DNA of 64,000 nucleotides, taken from NCBI GenBank assembly GCA_044227125.1, contig JBGAFS010000008.1, positions 13,694 through 77,693 of the forward strand, written 5' to 3'. Position 1 is the stretch's first letter. Each line of letters begins with the position of its first letter. Below are positions 16,297-27,141 of the stretch, piece after piece. Under the pieces are notes generated by a model that ran no database searches, had not been told where the DNA came from, and saw nothing but the letters and a program-made list of their open reading frames with translations. A program made the position numbers and the translations under genes. Source of the stretch: Flavipsychrobacter sp. (GTDB lineage Bacteria > Bacteroidota > Bacteroidia > Chitinophagales > Chitinophagaceae).

Positions 16297-19157
16297 AGCA
16301 GTGGTAATGTTACTATATATTCTTTATTTACTTCGCCGTAGATCACCTGCCTGCGGGTAAGCAGTTCGTAGCGTCTGCGTATATTCACCAATCCCAGTCC
16401 TGCACCTTTTTCTTTACTCATCTTCAGTTGCAGCGGGTTGCGTATACTTATCGCATCATCAGTAGCCTCTATCGTAATAGTAAGCGGCGAGCTTTTAGAC
16501 ACTACATTGTGTTTGATGGCATTCTCTACCAGCAACTGCAATGCAAGCGGCACCACTTTTTTAGTTTCCATATACACTTCCGGCACATTGGCCTTTAATC
16601 TCAACGCACTACCAAAACGGCTCTGTTGTATGTAAAAATAGTTCTCTAATATTTCCCATTCTTCTCTCAGTGATATTAAATCTTTATCCCGATAGGAAAG
16701 CATATTTCGATACAGGTCTGACAGGTGCACTGTGTATTTAACTGCTATTTCATCATCTTCCTCAATAAGGCTGGCAAGTGTATTAAGACTGTTGAACAGG
16801 AAGTGCGGGTTTACCTGGCTCTTCAGGTGTTCGTACTCAAACATCATTCGCTCCCGCTCCAGCAGGGATACCTTCTTCAGGTTTTCTTCGCGGAAACGGA
16901 GATAACCATAACCGATACCTATGATGAGCAATACTACCAGTGCAATGAACCATATACGCCACCAGAATGGTTTGTCTATAGTAAATGACCAGCTTGCCTC
17001 TCCCAGCCGGCTGAAAGTACTGTTCATAGAAGCCTGCACCCTGAATGTATAAGTGCCGGGAGGCAACTGCGGGAAGGTAATAGATTCGTCACTTGTTATT
17101 ATCCAGCTATCGTTAAAGCCATCCAGCTTATAACGGTAGCGCAAACGGTCTGAGTTGGCAAAATTCATACCGTCAAATTTGAAGCTGATGTGGTTCTGAT
17201 CGTAACTGAAGAATGTTTTGTTTTTATCTACAGGTTTAAAGAACACGCTCTGAGATACTATATGTGCCATCGGCCTTATATCACTCGGCACATAAATATT
17301 CTTGTATATAATAAAGCCTTTTTCAAAAGGTATATACACATTGCCATATTCATCTCTTGCGGCAAGGTTCAGCATGGTAGAGGTGCTGTCTATCGTTACG
17401 CCGGGCCTCTTATTATAATTCCTGAACTGGCGACTCAGCGGGTACCAGACATCTATGCCTTTGGCGTGCACTGCAGCTACCTGTCCTGTGGCGGTAGGGG
17501 CAATAGTCACCACACTCAGGTCCTGCAATCCCTGTTCGCGTGTCATCTGCCTCCATCGGTTGCCATCAAACATATATAAGCCGGCGGCCTGCCCCGATGC
17601 CCATATATTACCGGCTGCATCCTGCGCTACCGAATATATTACAGGGGCGTTGATGCCCGAAGATGAATCCCAGTGCTTATATAAGCCATCAGTATACATG
17701 CATATACCACTTCCATCTGTGGCCATCCATATTCGGCCTTTCCTGTCGGGGAATACCTGGTAAACGAAGTTGCTGCCTACGCCTGTTTTTTTGTTATGCT
17801 GCCTGATGAGTGACATTTTTTTGGTGAACGGGCCGGGGTATGTTACCTCCTGTACCCCATTCACACCAGACATCCAGAGCCTGTCGTCTGTACCTGCAAT
17901 GCTTAGTATAGTGGTATTGTTGAGCTCGGGTATATCTTTTACTGTATTGAGGTTGCCCATAGTATCACGATACAGGATGCCTTTCCCCATTGTGCCTATC
18001 CATATACGGTTTTCCATATCGCAGTACAGTGATACGATATTGCCCGGAGCCTTGCATACAAGTGCCGGCCTTACAGGGTCTGCCGAAGCTTTATTAATAC
18101 TGTATAATGCATTGCCCTGCGAGTACCAGACTGTATTATTCTTATCGCAGCATACGGCCCGCACTTCTGATAGTTTGTATGGAGATGATAGCTCCACATA
18201 CTCCATATACTCTGCACTCAGCAGGGTAACGCCCTGGTTGGTTGCCGCCCATATAACACCGGAGCGGCCGAGGGTGAGCCTGTTGATCTTTTTACTGTTG
18301 TAAAGGAATGGCCTGTACCTGGCATGCGTACTGTCTGTGATCCTTGCTTCTATCACATAACCATCTTCTGTAGCTATCCATGCTTTGTTGTCTGATACAG
18401 GGAGAATATCATTTACCTGCCCCCATGCCCAGGATGTATCATTATTGGGTGTCCACTCCTTTTGGGTGGCAGGATTGAATATGGCTACCCCCCCCGATTG
18501 CATACCTACCCAATACCAATCTTTACCCGGAAATGCAGCAAGTGCAGTAACCTCACCAGACAGGCGGTTGCCCGGCATTTGTTTTATAACAACCCTGCCC
18601 TTTTCTATGTATAATTCATTTATGCCTTTTGAGGTGCCGGCCAACAGCATGGGCTTACTGTTTCTTGATACAGTATATACATTGTTGGAAGAAAGACCGT
18701 TTCGCTCATTCAATTGTATACCTATTCCATTTACAGCGGCTATGATACCTTCATTCCTGGTACATATCCACAAAACACCGCCTGCATCCCAATACAGGTT
18801 ATTAATTGCGGAGTGCGGTGACTCGTTTACAATATTATATGGTGTTACCCTGTCATCTTCGTTCAGATAGGCAATGGTACCATCAGCATAACCGATGTAC
18901 AAAAAATTGCCCGGCCTTAATGCCAGCGCGGTAACGGGTTTGCGTATACTGTCGGGATAATACCTGAATTCCCTGCCGTTGAAACTGTATAACCCGCCAT
19001 TTGTTGCTACCCATATATAACCGGTGGGGCTTTGGAGAATATCATTTACCTGTACAGGGTTGTTTGCTTCGTTGAGCCAGAAATCATACCTGAAGGGTTG
19101 CTGCGCAGCAACCCCGGTGCATATGAATAACAGGACAAACAACAAAAGCGATCTCAT
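16293..19157 (-). CDS. sensor histidine kinase with periplasmic two-component-regulator propeller repeats, Y_Y_Y-like domain, TM helix and LytS-type His_kinase/HATPase
   Basis: 954 aa. Repeated ..G.LW.AT..G.. propeller motifs, PPGTYTFRVQA (Y_Y_Y), TM WRIWFIALVVLLIIGIGYGY, QVNPHFLFNSLN (His_kinase PF06580 type), LLVENAIKH. Confidence 0.85.
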   Translation of the reverse strand: MRSLLLFVLLFICTGVAAQQPFRYDFWLNEANNPVQVNDILQSPTGYIWVATNGGLYSFNGREFRYYPDSIRKPVTALALRPGNFLYIGYADGTIAYLNEDDRVTPYNIVNESPHSAINNLYWDAGGVLWICTRNEGIIAAVNGIGIQLNERNGLSSNNVYTVSRNSKPMLLAGTSKGINELYIEKGRVVIKQMPGNRLSGEVTALAAFPGKDWYWVGMQSGGVAIFNPATQKEWTPNNDTSWAWGQVNDILPVSDNKAWIATEDGYVIEARITDSTHARYRPFLYNSKKINRLTLGRSGVIWAATNQGVTLLSAEYMEYVELSSPYKLSEVRAVCCDKNNTVWYSQGNALYSINKASADPVRPALVCKAPGNIVSLYCDMENRIWIGTMGKGILYRDTMGNLNTVKDIPELNNTTILSIAGTDDRLWMSGVNGVQEVTYPGPFTKKMSLIRQHNKKTGVGSNFVYQVFPDRKGRIWMATDGSGICMYTDGLYKHWDSSSGINAPVIYSVAQDAAGNIWASGQAAGLYMFDGNRWRQMTREQGLQDLSVVTIAPTATGQVAAVHAKGIDVWYPLSRQFRNYNKRPGVTIDSTSTMLNLAARDEYGNVYIPFEKGFIIYKNIYVPSDIRPMAHIVSQSVFFKPVDKNKTFFSYDQNHISFKFDGMNFANSDRLRYRYKLDGFNDSWIITSDESITFPQLPPGTYTFRVQASMNSTFSRLGEASWSFTIDKPFWWRIWFIALVVLLIIGIGYGYLRFREENLKKVSLLERERMMFEYEHLKSQVNPHFLFNSLNTLASLIEEDDEIAVKYTVHLSDLYRNMLSYRDKDLISLREEWEILENYFYIQQSRFGSALRLKANVPEVYMETKKVVPLALQLLVENAIKHNVVSKSSPLTITIEATDDAISIRNPLQLKMSKEKGAGLGLVNIRRRYELLTRRQVIYGEVNKEYIVTLPLL

Positions 19158-19598
19158 ACTTTGCTCTATGCTCTTACCAATCTAAAATAACAGGTAAAAT
19201 CTGCTGTGCAAACCTTTAAATACATAATCAAAACAAACAATACTGACCCGGTTTACATGCACAGCATATCTTATTACTATTACTGCACCTGTGGTACGCT
19301 CAGGCAGAGCGCAATATTAACAGGGAGCTAAGGAGTATAACAACAGCGGCAGCAATGATAAACACCTGTTCTACAGATGTTAAGACGAACATAAGCAAAA
19401 ACAACCAGATTTTACCTGCCGGGGCATGGAACTGAATACATTTTTAATTTAGAGTTAAAGACATCGAAAATAGTGCAGAATATTCGGGTGGTGAAAACTA
19501 AAATCTTATTCACCCGGGTTATTATATACAAATAATTGTATTAAATTCACTGATCCCAAAACAATCTTTAACAGGCTTTCATACACAATTTCTTAAAA

Positions 19599-22500
19599 AT
19601 GAAAACAACTCTATTATTCAATGCCAGGGCAATAACTCTTGCTATTGCTACTATGGCCTCTGTTGTTTCTCTCGCCAAAACTGCACCTGTATCAGAAACG
19701 GCAGTACAGGAAATGAAAAACAAAAGCAATCTTTTGTTTGTAGAGAACAAGGGCCAAATTGCCAACCAGGACGGACAGGCAAGGAAAGACATCCAGTATT
19801 CTATCACGGGCAGTGGTATGAATATTTTTATTGGTAATGGCCAGATACACTACCAGTGGTCGAAGCCACTAGACAATGAACTGCCTAAGAAGGAAGAGGT
19901 AGACCCTAATGATCCTTCCGGCAAGCTGGATATCATCAAGCACATACGCGAGATGAAACTCGTTACATACAGGCTGGATGTATCTCTGGCAGGTGCAAAC
20001 AAAAATGCACAAGTAATAGCTGAAGACCTGCAGGCATATACAGAGCATTACTATATTGGTAAATTCAAAGACGGGCTGGACCTTCGCTCTTATGGTAAAA
20101 TAACCTATAAAAATGTTTACCCGAACATAGACTGGGTATTATACATAAAAGACAACCAGTTGAAATATGACTTCGTTGTACACCCCGGTGGTAACGTTAA
20201 TAATATACAACTGAAATATGGCGGGGCTACATCATTGCAGTTCAATAACGGAGCTGTAACCGCAATAACACCTTTTGGTAACATTACAGAACATGCACCT
20301 TACTGCTATGTGGCAGAAAGCAAAGAAACATTACCATCTAAATTCGTATTAGAGGGTAACACGCTGAAGTTTGATGTACAGAAAACTGACGGCACCACTG
20401 TAATAGACCCCATACTTGACTGGGCTACTTATTATGGAGGCAGCAACTATGACTGGGGTAACGCTGCAACCGCAGATTATTCAGGAAACGTATACATGTC
20501 CGGCTGGACATACAGCGGCAATAATATTGCCACAAACGGAGCGTTCCAGGACACACTGGTAGGCCACAACTTTGGCGGCGGATACCAGTACAATGGTTTT
20601 GTTGTAAAATTCAATGCACTGGGACAAAGGCAGTGGGCTACTTATTACCCAAGCGGTTTCAGCGCAGCAGCTTGCGATGTTAACAGCAATGTGTACCTCA
20701 CAGGTTATACAGACAGCATTCCGGCTATGGCTACTACCGGTGCCCACCAAACTACTTTTGGCGGCGGTACAGGCGCGGGCTACTACTGGGGCGATGCATT
20801 TGTTGTAAAATTCAACCAGTACGGACAACGCATGTGGGGTACCTTCTACGGTGGTACAGGCTACGAAGGCGGTGAAGGCATAGCCTGCGATATAAACAGC
20901 AACGTATATGTAGTGGGTGGTACATCAAGCCCTAACAACATAGCTACTACGGGCGCACATATGACTACCGTACCAACGCCTGTGTATATTAACTATTATT
21001 ATTACCAGGCAGGTTTCATTGTTAAGTTCAATACGAATGGGGTACGCCAATGGGGTACTTATTACTCAGGGCACGTGAGCGCAGTAGACCTTGACCAGAG
21101 CAATGGTCTTTATATAGGTGGTACTACTTTTGACACTACACGCAACCTTATTGCAACGGCCAATGCACACCAGGTATATCACTTCAATGTTTTATCTAAC
21201 AACTATTCATATCCTGATGGCTTTATTGCCAAGTTCAATACAAATGGTGTAAGAAGCTGGGGAACATATATAGGCGGCCCAAGCTGGGACTGGGTAAACG
21301 GACTTCAGTCTGACGGCGGGCCCAATATTTATGTTTCAGGAACAACATACAGCAGCAGTGGTTATATGGCCAGCAGCAACGGATTCCAGACAAGCAACAA
21401 TGGTGCTTATGATTGCTTCCTGACGAAATTTGACAGCGCAGGTGTACAACAATGGGGTACCTACTACGGCGGTAGCGGCTACGAATGGGGCGGTGCACTG
21501 GCATGGAACCCAACCGGTAAATTATACATGTCAGGTACTACATACAGCACCACAGGTATGGCTACAGCAGGTGCATATCAAACTACTCCGGGCGGCAGCT
21601 ACGATGAGTTTATATCTGAATGGACACCCAACGGTAACCGTACATGGGCAACCTATTATGGTGGCAGTGGTGTAGAATACGGATGGGGCGGTTATGGTTA
21701 TGGTTATGGCTATGGCTCAGGCGATGAGCTGGCATACAGCCTTACCGGTAAATTATACCTCTGTTCTGCAACCAACAGCACTACAGGCATTGCTACGGCG
21801 GGCTCATACCAGCCATCACTCACAACGTCTGCAGGCAACTACTATGATGCATTCCTTGCAGCATTTATTGTAGATACGCTGGTGTATATCAAAATGCCTT
21901 ACTTCGATACCCTGTTCTGCCCGGGAGATACATTCCGTGTAAAATATGGTGTTACTTATAACTTCAATTCAGGCAATTCATTCTCGGTGCAATTATCAAA
22001 TGCATCAGGCAGTTTTGCCAGCCCTACAGTGATAGGTACAAAAAATATCAGCACAGGCCCGGATAGTATTACCTGTGTTATACCAATGAACATAGCTCCG
22101 GGTAATGCATATCGTATCAGGGTGGTAGGCTCTAACCCTGTACGTATATCAGGCGACGATGAAGTGAACATACACATAAAACCAAGGCCTACAGTTTTAG
22201 CTACTGACAATGGCCCGTTGTGTGCGGGAGATACACTGAAGCTTACATCTACCGTGAGCCCTACTACAGGTAACTATTCTTATAACTGGACAGGGCCGCT
22301 CGGTTTTAACTCGACACAGGCAAACCCGGTAATAGCCAACCCAACAGTAAACCACAGCGGCGACTATATACTGCGTGCCACACTTGATGGCTGCAGCTCA
22401 AGAGATACTACAACAGTACAGGTAAAAGTAAAACCTGTAACACCTGTTGCCGGCAGCAACTCTCCTGTTTGTCCGGGCACAGCACTGAGCCTTACTTCAT

Positions 22501-23747
22501 CCAGCACCACAGGTGGTGTTACCTATAGCTGGACAGGGCCTAACAGCTACACATCATCATCACAAAACCCGACTATAGCCCCGGCTACGTTCAATAGCGG
22601 CGGTACCTACTATGTTACAGCTTCGCTGAACGGATGTAATTCTGCTGCGGCGGCTACGGTTGTTTCTATACAGGTAACTACGCCTACCCCTGCAGCATCG
22701 AGCAATAGCCCGGTATGTACCGGCGGTACACTTAACCTGTATGCTTCTACAGTTACAGGCACAGGCGTAACATACCAGTGGACAGGGCCTGCTGCCTTCA
22801 GCTCTACTGCTCAAAACCCGGTTCTTTCAGGTGTTACCGGCTCTATGGCAGGAACATACAGGATAAATGCTGTTATCAATGGTTGTATCTCTTATCCTGA
22901 CTCTGTAACAGTAGTTGTTAATAACGGGCCTATGGTAAATATTTACCCTAACCCTAAAGACAGCGTATGTACAGGTAAGAACATAACATTTGTTGCTATT
23001 GCTCAAAATGGCGGTACAACACCTCAATACCAGTGGATGAAGAACAATGCCCCGGTATTAGGCGCCACCTCTGCCAGCTATGTAGCATCAAACCTGAATA
23101 CAGGCGATCAGTTCTCTTGTATACTTACGAATAACAGTACCTGCTCTACTCCTGCTTCGGATACAAGTGGCAGTATTCCGGTAACTGTATTGCCATACCT
23201 TACTCCGTCTGTAAGTATCACTGCCAACCCAACTACACCGCTTTCTCCATACCAGCTCATCACCTTTACTGCTACTGCTACCAATGCAGGTGCGGAACCT
23301 AAATATCAATGGCGCGTAAATGGTAAAGACGTAACAGGAGCTACGAGCAGCACATGGGGTACCTATTCTATCAACAATAACGATACGGTATCTGTAGTGG
23401 TTAAGAGCAGTTATCTCTGCCCGCAACCAGACTCAGCTATCAGTAATGTAATAGGAGTTACGGTACTTACATCTGTAGAAAATATAGGAGAACTGAGCAA
23501 GCTCTACCTGTATCCGAATCCAAATACTGGTAAGTTTACCATTGCAGGTACATCTGCAATAAACAGCCCGATGACCATTGATGTTCTCAATGCCATAGGC
23601 CAGGTGATATACACTGAAAATACGTCTCTGCATACAGGTACTATCAATAAACAGATAGCCCTGCCGCAAGTAGCAAACGGCATATATATGCTGCGATTGA
23701 AAGCAGGCACAGACATGAAACTTATACGCTTCTCAATAGACCAGTAA
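19599..23747 (+). CDS. very large T9SS-secreted surface protein with SBBP-type beta-propeller repeats, Ig-like repeats and a T9SS C-terminal domain
   Basis: 1382 aa. Repeated 'F(V/I)VKFN..G.R.W(G/A)TY(Y)GG' (SBBP) units, about 6 Ig-like CxG..L.LT..YSWTGP modules, two 'YQW..NG..V.GATS' modules, and the C-terminus LYLYPNPNTGKFTI...GIYMLRL. Confidence 0.8.
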   Translation: MKTTLLFNARAITLAIATMASVVSLAKTAPVSETAVQEMKNKSNLLFVENKGQIANQDGQARKDIQYSITGSGMNIFIGNGQIHYQWSKPLDNELPKKEEVDPNDPSGKLDIIKHIREMKLVTYRLDVSLAGANKNAQVIAEDLQAYTEHYYIGKFKDGLDLRSYGKITYKNVYPNIDWVLYIKDNQLKYDFVVHPGGNVNNIQLKYGGATSLQFNNGAVTAITPFGNITEHAPYCYVAESKETLPSKFVLEGNTLKFDVQKTDGTTVIDPILDWATYYGGSNYDWGNAATADYSGNVYMSGWTYSGNNIATNGAFQDTLVGHNFGGGYQYNGFVVKFNALGQRQWATYYPSGFSAAACDVNSNVYLTGYTDSIPAMATTGAHQTTFGGGTGAGYYWGDAFVVKFNQYGQRMWGTFYGGTGYEGGEGIACDINSNVYVVGGTSSPNNIATTGAHMTTVPTPVYINYYYYQAGFIVKFNTNGVRQWGTYYSGHVSAVDLDQSNGLYIGGTTFDTTRNLIATANAHQVYHFNVLSNNYSYPDGFIAKFNTNGVRSWGTYIGGPSWDWVNGLQSDGGPNIYVSGTTYSSSGYMASSNGFQTSNNGAYDCFLTKFDSAGVQQWGTYYGGSGYEWGGALAWNPTGKLYMSGTTYSTTGMATAGAYQTTPGGSYDEFISEWTPNGNRTWATYYGGSGVEYGWGGYGYGYGYGSGDELAYSLTGKLYLCSATNSTTGIATAGSYQPSLTTSAGNYYDAFLAAFIVDTLVYIKMPYFDTLFCPGDTFRVKYGVTYNFNSGNSFSVQLSNASGSFASPTVIGTKNISTGPDSITCVIPMNIAPGNAYRIRVVGSNPVRISGDDEVNIHIKPRPTVLATDNGPLCAGDTLKLTSTVSPTTGNYSYNWTGPLGFNSTQANPVIANPTVNHSGDYILRATLDGCSSRDTTTVQVKVKPVTPVAGSNSPVCPGTALSLTSSSTTGGVTYSWTGPNSYTSSSQNPTIAPATFNSGGTYYVTASLNGCNSAAAATVVSIQVTTPTPAASSNSPVCTGGTLNLYASTVTGTGVTYQWTGPAAFSSTAQNPVLSGVTGSMAGTYRINAVINGCISYPDSVTVVVNNGPMVNIYPNPKDSVCTGKNITFVAIAQNGGTTPQYQWMKNNAPVLGATSASYVASNLNTGDQFSCILTNNSTCSTPASDTSGSIPVTVLPYLTPSVSITANPTTPLSPYQLITFTATATNAGAEPKYQWRVNGKDVTGATSSTWGTYSINNNDTVSVVVKSSYLCPQPDSAISNVIGVTVLTSVENIGELSKLYLYPNPNTGKFTIAGTSAINSPMTIDVLNAIGQVIYTENTSLHTGTINKQIALPQVANGIYMLRLKAGTDMKLIRFSIDQ

Positions 23748-23770
23748 ACAATAAATAACAGAAGAGAAAA

Positions 23771-23795
23771 GCCATCCTTTACGGGTGGCTTTTTT
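23771..23795 (+). terminator. intrinsic terminator
   Basis: GCCATCC-TTTAC-GGGTGGC (one G-U pair) followed by TTTTTT. Confidence 0.7.
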
Positions 23796-23916
23796 ACTTA
23801 TAAAACAAATGACAATTCATTTCAAATCAAATATTTAGGTATCTGAAAAGATATTTGAAGCAGATGCACATAATTTGATTGTTTATATTTATATTTAGAC
23901 TTGCAAAAAGTTAGAT

Positions 23917-25548
23917 ATGAGAACAAAAACTCTACTAGGTATAATCTTGTTATTAGCTTGTATTTCGATGAACGCGGTGGCGCAGTCATCGGCCGGCCTC
24001 ATAGCTAGCTGGCCTATGAACGCATCTTTCGCTGACGTATCCGGTAATGGTCATAACGGTACTGCTTATTTTGTAGCCAATGGCGCCGGAAGAACAGGTT
24101 CTTCGAACACCGCAATGATATTCAACGGTGCATCAAGCTACATAGACATACCCTACCAGGCCGACCTGAATGTAAATACCAGCAATAACTATACAATATG
24201 TGCCATTGTAAAACCAATGGGATATAATACAGATACTACCTGCCAGCGCAGTCATATTTTTGCCCGCGGTGCCCTCGCTACAACTGGCAGCTACTCAATG
24301 TACTACTTCGACGGTGCGTATGATAACAACAACTGTGTTACGTTTGACACATCGAAGAATGTTTTCGCGGCTTCCGCAGGCATGACCAGTGGTGGCAACT
24401 TCGCAAGTGCATGGCAATACACTCCGCGCATAGTATCTAACACATGGTACACTGTTTGTGTTACTTACAGCGGCAACAGGATGAAAGTATTTGTTGATGG
24501 CGTACAGAAATCATCTTATAATATGGGCGGCGGACCCGGCATAGGATCGTCTACAGATGGCGCTGTTATCGGTGCTAACTTTGATCCTACCAACAGCAAT
24601 CGTCCTAACTGGTTTAAAGGATACATTGATGACATGCGTATATACAGCCGTGTACTCGCTGACTCTGAAATAATGGAATACCATAACGGTGTGTATCTTC
24701 CGCCTATCACTACTCCGTTTTGTCCGGGTGCAACATTCCAACTCACATACAATACATTCGGCACCTTCAGGGCCGGTAACACTTTCAGAGCAGAACTGTC
24801 TGATGCATCGGGCAGCTTTGCCAGCCCTACCACACTGGGTACTGTAACCAGTACTACAGCGGGCACTATCAACTGCTCTATACCAGGCAGCCTGCCTACA
24901 GGTACGGGATATAAAGTACGCGTAATAGCTACTAACCCTGCAAAAATATCTGAAGAAACTTCTGTTATCATAGGTACTGTTACTACAACACCTCCGGGTG
25001 CAGCTATAGTAGTAATACCCGGTACTATTGTGAGCAGCGGTATATCTGTACTGTTTTCATCTTCTGTATCGCTCGGCGGCCCTACTCCAACCTACCAATG
25101 GATGAAAAACGGCAGCCCTATACCGGGTGCAACCAACAGCACATTTACCGGTATATCAGGTATTGATTTTGTTTCAAACGATACTATCTATGTAGTAGTA
25201 AGAACAAGTATCCCTTGTACTACTCCTGATTCCGCTGCCAGCAACAAAATAGTAATGACGGTAAATAACACCGGCATAGAGAATAACAGCCTCAACAATC
25301 TTTCTTTGTACCCTAACCCTAACCAGGGTACTCTGACACTGAGAGGCAGCGTAGCAACAGGTAAAGAATTGACAGCAGAAGTAGTTAACGTTACAGGACA
25401 GGTGGTTTATACTACTGCCATACCTGTAAACAACTTTACTGTAAACAAACAGATAAACCTGGGAGACAACATTGCTAACGGCATATACATTATGCGCATT
25501 AATACAGGCGATGAGACCCGCACAATACGATTTGCCGTAGAAAAATAA
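23917..25548 (+). CDS. LamG (concanavalin-A-like lectin) domain protein with a T9SS C-terminal domain
   Basis: 543 aa. F.G.SSYIDIPY...WY.V..TY...KVFVDG....FKGYIDDMRIYSRVLADSEI (Laminin_G_3 style). It shares two internal modules with 19599..23747. C-terminus LSLYPNPNQGTLTL..GIYIMRI. Confidence 0.8.
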   Translation: MRTKTLLGIILLLACISMNAVAQSSAGLIASWPMNASFADVSGNGHNGTAYFVANGAGRTGSSNTAMIFNGASSYIDIPYQADLNVNTSNNYTICAIVKPMGYNTDTTCQRSHIFARGALATTGSYSMYYFDGAYDNNNCVTFDTSKNVFAASAGMTSGGNFASAWQYTPRIVSNTWYTVCVTYSGNRMKVFVDGVQKSSYNMGGGPGIGSSTDGAVIGANFDPTNSNRPNWFKGYIDDMRIYSRVLADSEIMEYHNGVYLPPITTPFCPGATFQLTYNTFGTFRAGNTFRAELSDASGSFASPTTLGTVTSTTAGTINCSIPGSLPTGTGYKVRVIATNPAKISEETSVIIGTVTTTPPGAAIVVIPGTIVSSGISVLFSSSVSLGGPTPTYQWMKNGSPIPGATNSTFTGISGIDFVSNDTIYVVVRTSIPCTTPDSAASNKIVMTVNNTGIENNSLNNLSLYPNPNQGTLTLRGSVATGKELTAEVVNVTGQVVYTTAIPVNNFTVNKQINLGDNIANGIYIMRINTGDETRTIRFAVEK

Positions 25549-25566
25549 CCAATACTTCAACAGACT

Positions 25567-25596
25567 AAAAAGCCTCCTTTCAGGAGGCTTTTTTTA
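25567..25596. terminator. bidirectional intrinsic terminator between convergent genes
   Basis: AAAAAGCCTCC-TTTCA-GGAGGCTTTTTTT. Confidence 0.8.
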
Positions 25597-25998
25597 TTTC
25601 TTGTCTACGTAAATAATACCCTGGTCTTTTTGCAGGTTGTAGTCGCCATACAGCTTTATCATGGTCAGTGGTTTGTCCCACATATTACTTTCAGGGTAGT
25701 TAAAGAACAGGTCTCCTATATCACAGCCATTGAGATGGGAAAGATAGAAACTGCCGTCTGCACCTGTTGTAAAATAAACCACATTATCTTCCCCGATAGG
25801 GTCATGCCTCCTGGCAGCATATTTTACGGTTCCTGCCTTTAGCTGTGTATTGGCCAGCGGCTGGTTATCTGTTTTAAAAAGTAGCTGCCCGTATATGTCA
25901 TATTTCTTATCGCAGGTGCCGGGCTTCCTGTCACAACCATTTGTTAGTGCAGCGGTAGCCGCTATGCTTAGTGTATAGATTATCTTTTTCATTGCCAA
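25594..25998 (-). CDS. lipoprotein, unknown function
   Basis: 134 aa with lipobox ..LTNGC. Beta-rich; no family recognised. Confidence 0.5.
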   Translation of the reverse strand: MAMKKIIYTLSIAATAALTNGCDRKPGTCDKKYDIYGQLLFKTDNQPLANTQLKAGTVKYAARRHDPIGEDNVVYFTTGADGSFYLSHLNGCDIGDLFFNYPESNMWDKPLTMIKLYGDYNLQKDQGIIYVDKK

Positions 25999-26004
25999 AG
26001 AGGG

Positions 26005-26382
26005 TTAACGGTTAATATAAATATCTCCGAAATCGTATTCAGGGGTATTGCCAATATCCTGTTTGATGTAGTATGAGTCTTTATTCTTGCTGAGTACTGC
26101 CGGCAAAACACTATTCGGGTATATATATACTACTTTCGATTTGGCAGTGGATACAGGTACGAAGAATTTGCCTTTTGAATCGGTTATAAAGAGTCTTGTT
26201 TGCTCATAGCTGATAAACTCATCAGAATTGGTATACATGACCAATGTTAAATCTTTCAGCAGGGACGAATCTTTAGAGCTGAAAACCCTGCCCTTTATTA
26301 CCTGCTGCTGGGTATGTTTTTTGCACGATACCACTGCAAGCAGGGTGATAGTGGCCATAATATAGACTATGCGCATGCGCAA
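26005..26382 (-). CDS. lipoprotein, unknown function (possibly a carboxypeptidase-regulatory-like fold)
   Basis: 125 aa with lipobox AVVSC. IKGRVFSS.D... is a typical start of CarboxypepD_reg-like domains. Tandem with 25594..25998. Confidence 0.45.
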   Translation of the reverse strand: MRMRIVYIMATITLLAVVSCKKHTQQQVIKGRVFSSKDSSLLKDLTLVMYTNSDEFISYEQTRLFITDSKGKFFVPVSTAKSKVVYIYPNSVLPAVLSKNKDSYYIKQDIGNTPEYDFGDIYINR

Positions 26383-26454
26383 TAATGTTTTGTTAAGATA
26401 TAAGCAGGCAATAATAGTGCCAGTTTTGGCACAGAGCTTGTACAGGCTACAAAG

Positions 26455-27060
26455 ATGAAACGGGCTTTATTAACCTTCGGTTTATTCTTTTTATTGCAGC
26501 AGGCTGATGCGCAGGAAGATTATATGCAGAAAAACGATTCTGTAGTTGTAGTGCAAATGAAGAATGTGAATGTAGATAAGGAAAGGAACTGGAGCAATGA
26601 TACTGTACGATACCGATACAACCAGCTAAAGTATTATGTGACCACCATACTACCCTACCTGGATGCTGCTGCAAAAATGCTGGCCGAACTGGACGCCAAA
26701 GAACATACACCGGGCATCAGCAAAAAAGAGCTGAGGTCATTTGTCAATATCAAGGAAACAGAGATACACGAGCGCTTTGATAACGAGATCAGCAAGCTGA
26801 ATGAAACACAGGGTGTATTGCTTATAAAACTGGTAGCACGCCAATCGGGCATGAATATCTACGATAAGCTGCAGGAATATAAAAGTGGTTTCTATGCGCT
26901 GCGCTGGCAAACATGGGCAAAGCTGCATGGCTTTAACCTGAACAGGCAGTATAGCCCTGACGATGAACCTATGCTGGAACATATCATGGAGCAGCTTGGC
27001 TATCCGCTGCCACCAACATATACCCGTACCATCAATCCTGATATATTGCAGGTATACTAA
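26455..27060 (+). CDS. DUF4294-like secreted protein
   Basis: 201 aa with a signal peptide ..ADAQ. ..RYRYNQLKYYV..ILPY......ETQGVLLIKLVARQSGMNIYD.. matches my recollection of the DUF4294 pattern. Confidence 0.5.
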   Translation: MKRALLTFGLFFLLQQADAQEDYMQKNDSVVVVQMKNVNVDKERNWSNDTVRYRYNQLKYYVTTILPYLDAAAKMLAELDAKEHTPGISKKELRSFVNIKETEIHERFDNEISKLNETQGVLLIKLVARQSGMNIYDKLQEYKSGFYALRWQTWAKLHGFNLNRQYSPDDEPMLEHIMEQLGYPLPPTYTRTINPDILQVY

Positions 27061-27141
27061 GTGTTTCACACTAAACACATTAAACAAAATTTTGAATAAT
27101 AACATTTTTTATGTATACTTTTGTAGCATAAAATTGTCGTT

